Shown in pieces: positions 61,201 through 64,000 of a DNA stretch of 64,000 nucleotides. Origin of the DNA: Macrostomum hystrix (taxonomy: Eukaryota > Animalia > Platyhelminthes); NCBI GenBank assembly GCA_950097015.1, contig CATNEN010000005.1, forward strand, positions 1,240,001 through 1,304,000, in the 5' to 3' direction. Position 1 is the stretch's first letter; the number at the start of each line of letters is the position of its first letter. The notes below the pieces were generated by a model, which worked only from the letters and a program-made list of their open reading frames with translations, had not been told where the DNA came from and did no database searches. The position numbers and the translations under genes were made by a program.

Positions 61201-63457
61201 TTGGAAGGTCAGGGTTCAAACGGGGACACAACCGTTGCTCAAAAATCTCAAGCAAAAGAATCAAATGTCATCACAATCATCGCAATCCTCCTCCTTCATT
61301 CCCTCAATGTACTCGCCCTTGACGGCGATCACCTTTGCCAACTTCTTCGGGAGCTCGTTGATGGCCTGCCAATAGACGGAGCGGAATTCCTGCGAGCGAA
61401 GCACGCGCATCGCCTCGGCCTCCACTTGCGTGCGGTCGCTGCCAAGCACTCGACCCCGCATGAGCTGCTTGAATGCGCCAAATACTCTGTAGTCGCAGGG
61501 CGACATGTCTGGCGAGTAGGGTGCGTGGTCCAGCACGTCGAGCCCGATCTCCTTGAGCTTTGCGACGGTTGCCATGGCGGTATGTGGGCGAGCATTGTCA
61601 TGGTGAAGCGCACGACCACTTCGCCACGTGCCACGTCGATTCGCAATAACAGCCACCTTGAGGCGCTCAAGCTGTTCCTGGGAGTGCACTGAGTTGACGG
61701 TCTTGCCGTCCGGCAGAAAGTCGACCAGCAGGGGACCTTGGCCATCGAAGAAGAGAGAGATCATGATCTTCTTTGTCTACGTCTGCCGAGGCTTCGTTGG
61801 CGAGTTTGAGCCTCGCACACACCACTCAGCGTCTTTCTGCTTGCCAGCCGACTCAAAAAGGGCTGCCACGTCTCGTCGCACGTTATGATCTTGTCAAGGA
61901 AAGGCTGACCCTCGAGAGTGTAGGCAGCTTGCAGCGCGTGCGCAACCTCGACACGTCGACACGGCGCCAATTGCACGACAAGCCCCCAAGCCTTCTCTCC
62001 GCGGCTGCGCCCCAAATAAAATTGGCCTCGCCGTGGGCAATTTAGGCTAAGTTCAAATGTGGCGAGGCCACATTTATTAGTTTTTTGTGTTTCAGAGGCG
62101 CAATGCATTTCTAGGCACATAAAACGGCATGGTCTAAAAGCTAATAAGAATTCCCAACCCCAACAACCGAATTCCCAAATCCCCGCCCAGACCGGATGCG
62201 CCAGCAGCTGCTCAACAGTTGCCAGCCTACGGCTACCTGGCCAGCGAATGCGTCGCCCAAGTTGGCCAGTACCTGCTGCACCTGCCCCAGCAGTTGGGGC
62301 CGTTCTTGTCCGCGGACACGCCCGGACTACGGTCCGCGATCGCTCATTCTGGATTGGCTCAGCTGCTGGCTCAGCATCAGCACAGGCCGGGTCAGCAGCA
62401 GGCTGCTGCACCGACTGAGCCAGATCATTCTGTGGCTGATCAGGTGCGATAAGGATCTTATCCTCTTTCTGATCCTCTTAGTTATCCTCAAGTCGGGATG
62501 ATATTCCCAATTATCCTCAAGTCGGGATGATATTCCCAATTATCCTCAAGTCGGGATGATATTCCCAAATATCCTCAAGTCGGGATGATATTCCCAATTA
62601 TCCTCAAGTCGGGATGATATTCCCAATTATCCTCAATTCGGGATGATATTCCCAATTATCCTCAATTCGGGATGATATTCCCAATTATCCTCAATTCGGG
62701 ATGATATTCCCAATTATCCTCAATTCGGGATGATATTCCCAATTATCCTCAATTCGGGATGATATTCCCAATTATCCTCAAGTCGGGATGATATTCCCAA
62801 TTATCCTCAAGTCGGGATGATATTCCCAATTATCCTCAAGTCGGGATGATATTCCCAATTATCCTCAAGTCGGGATGATATTCCCAATTATCCTCAAGTC
62901 GGGATGATATTCCCAATTATCCTCAAGTCGGGATGATATTCCCAATTATCCTCAAGTCGGGATGATATTCCCAATTATCCTCAATTCGGGATGATATTCC
63001 CAATTATCCTCAAGTCGGGATGATATTCCCAATTATCCTCAAGTCGGGATGATATTCCCAATTATCCTCAAGTCAAGATGATATTCCCAATTATCCTCAA
63101 GTCGGGATGTTTTTCCCAATTCCTCATCTGCAGCAGCCGCAATCCCCAGCTGGCATCGAGCTGTGGATCGAATGCGTAGCCGCCCACGCAATGGATCGCT
63201 TCGTTGAGCGAGCCCTGGAGATTCCTAGGCTAGTCCCCCAATCGGCAGTTCAGCAGCTCATCACTGATGCCAACTATCTGGCCAGCTGTCTGGACGATCT
63301 CGGCGTTGCTCCCAGTGACCGGTTGCAGGCGATGCGCGATTTAATAGCTGCGCCTGACGCTACGGCATTTCACCTGCGGGCCGCGGAGGGCGCGCCTAGG
63401 CGAATCACCGCTGCCGTAGCCAAAATGCGGGACTTCTCTGGCGACACGGGCCGCTGA
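57606..63457 (+). CDS. COG7: Conserved oligomeric Golgi complex subunit 7, 5 exons
   Basis: Exons 57606-57944, 58367-58871, 59326-60295, 62191-62443 and about 63134-63457. Matches: FDMKAWLNAAF, KLQ..QEV, LREADNWTSLSA, VGQYLLHLPQQL.PF, QLITDANYL and PRRITAAVAKMR. Confidence 0.9.
60325..60545 (-). mobile_element. tRNA-derived SINE family B (related copies at about 8390-8490, 34370-34530 and 43860-44030)
   Basis: Minus-strand head GTAGCCTAGTGGTTAGAGCGTCGGAC...GGTTCGATTCTCG. The body GTTCACCCAGCTCTTAAATGGGTACC and the end CATGGACTGAACAGCCGTACGCAGCCTT recur in the other three copies. Confidence 0.75.
61261..61955 (-). mobile_element. Tc1/mariner (DD34D) transposase remnant in a COG7 intron, 5'-truncated and frameshifted
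   Basis: IITCDETW, HHDNARPH and YSPDMSPCDY, with 34 residues between the last two Asp. A SINE A fragment abuts it at about 61955-62075. Confidence 0.88.
62475..63115. repeat. Homogeneous 29-bp minisatellite in the last COG7 intron
   Basis: Unit ATATTCCCAATTATCCTCAAGTCGGGATG, head-to-tail with no spacers. Confidence 0.96.
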
Positions 63458-64000
63458 TATTTGCACATCTGGTTTATTGCCTACAAGCGATGGGCATGAG
63501 GGTTGGTTAACTTCGGCCTGCTAAGCTCCTGACCCTTGTCTCATCTCCCCTGTCTCATCTCTTTTGCCTTCAAAGTCTCATCTCCCCTGTCTCATCTCTC
63601 CTGTCTCATCTCTCCCCTGTGTCATATATCCCCTGTGTCATCTCTCCAATGTCTGATCTCTCCCCTGTGTCATCTCTCCAATGTCTCATCTCTCCCCTGT
63701 CTCATCTCTCCCCTGTGTCATATCTCCCCTGTCTCATCTCTCCCCTGTCTCATCTCTCCCCAGTGTCATCTCTCCCCTGTCTCATCTCTCCAATGTCTCA
63801 TCTCTCCCCTGTCTCATCTCTCCCCTGTCTCATCTCTCTAATGTCTCATCTCTGCCCCGTGTCATCTCTCCTGTCTTATCTCCCTGTGTCATCTCTCCAG
63901 TGTCTTATCTCTCCCCTGTGTCATCTCTCCAATGTCTCATCTCTCTCAAGTCTCATCTCTTCCCATGTGCCATCTCTCCCCTCTCTCAAACTCTTCAGTC

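Noticed and set aside
62475-63115. 29-bp and 36-bp (40590-41310) repeats as CRISPR arrays
   Set aside because: The units are head-to-tail with no unique spacers, there are no cas genes, and they lie in eukaryotic introns.

Overview
This is an intron-rich animal genomic window, not a prokaryotic one; there is no CRISPR array, rRNA or true tRNA. The repeat content and gene style suggest a free-living flatworm such as Macrostomum, but this is inference and unverified. Exons were assembled by eye from GT-AG signals and reading-frame phase. From left to right the window holds: (1) a large + strand gene (105-13265, 5' end outside the window) built from two fused copies of a dynamin-like GTPase, helical region and kinase-like module, DSTYK-like, whose second GTPase has lost its P-loop; a secreted PAN/LamG gene is nested antisense in one intron. 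(2) Three tandem tryptophan-hydroxylase-type genes, with near-identical catalytic-core exons but divergent ends; two of them come from a recent 5.4-kb tandem duplication and carry a Ser-to-Ala active-site change. (3) Fibrinogen-domain (FReD) pseudogenes plus one intact FReD gene. (4) A full-length, TSD-flanked RTE-type LINE with a candidate HDV-like ribozyme at its 5' end. (5) A compact co-oriented CDK7-FANCI-CYBA-COG7 cluster that may be a trans-spliced operon, with most of its longer introns carrying their own minisatellite. Three tRNA-derived SINE families, two MITEs and a mariner remnant are dispersed throughout.
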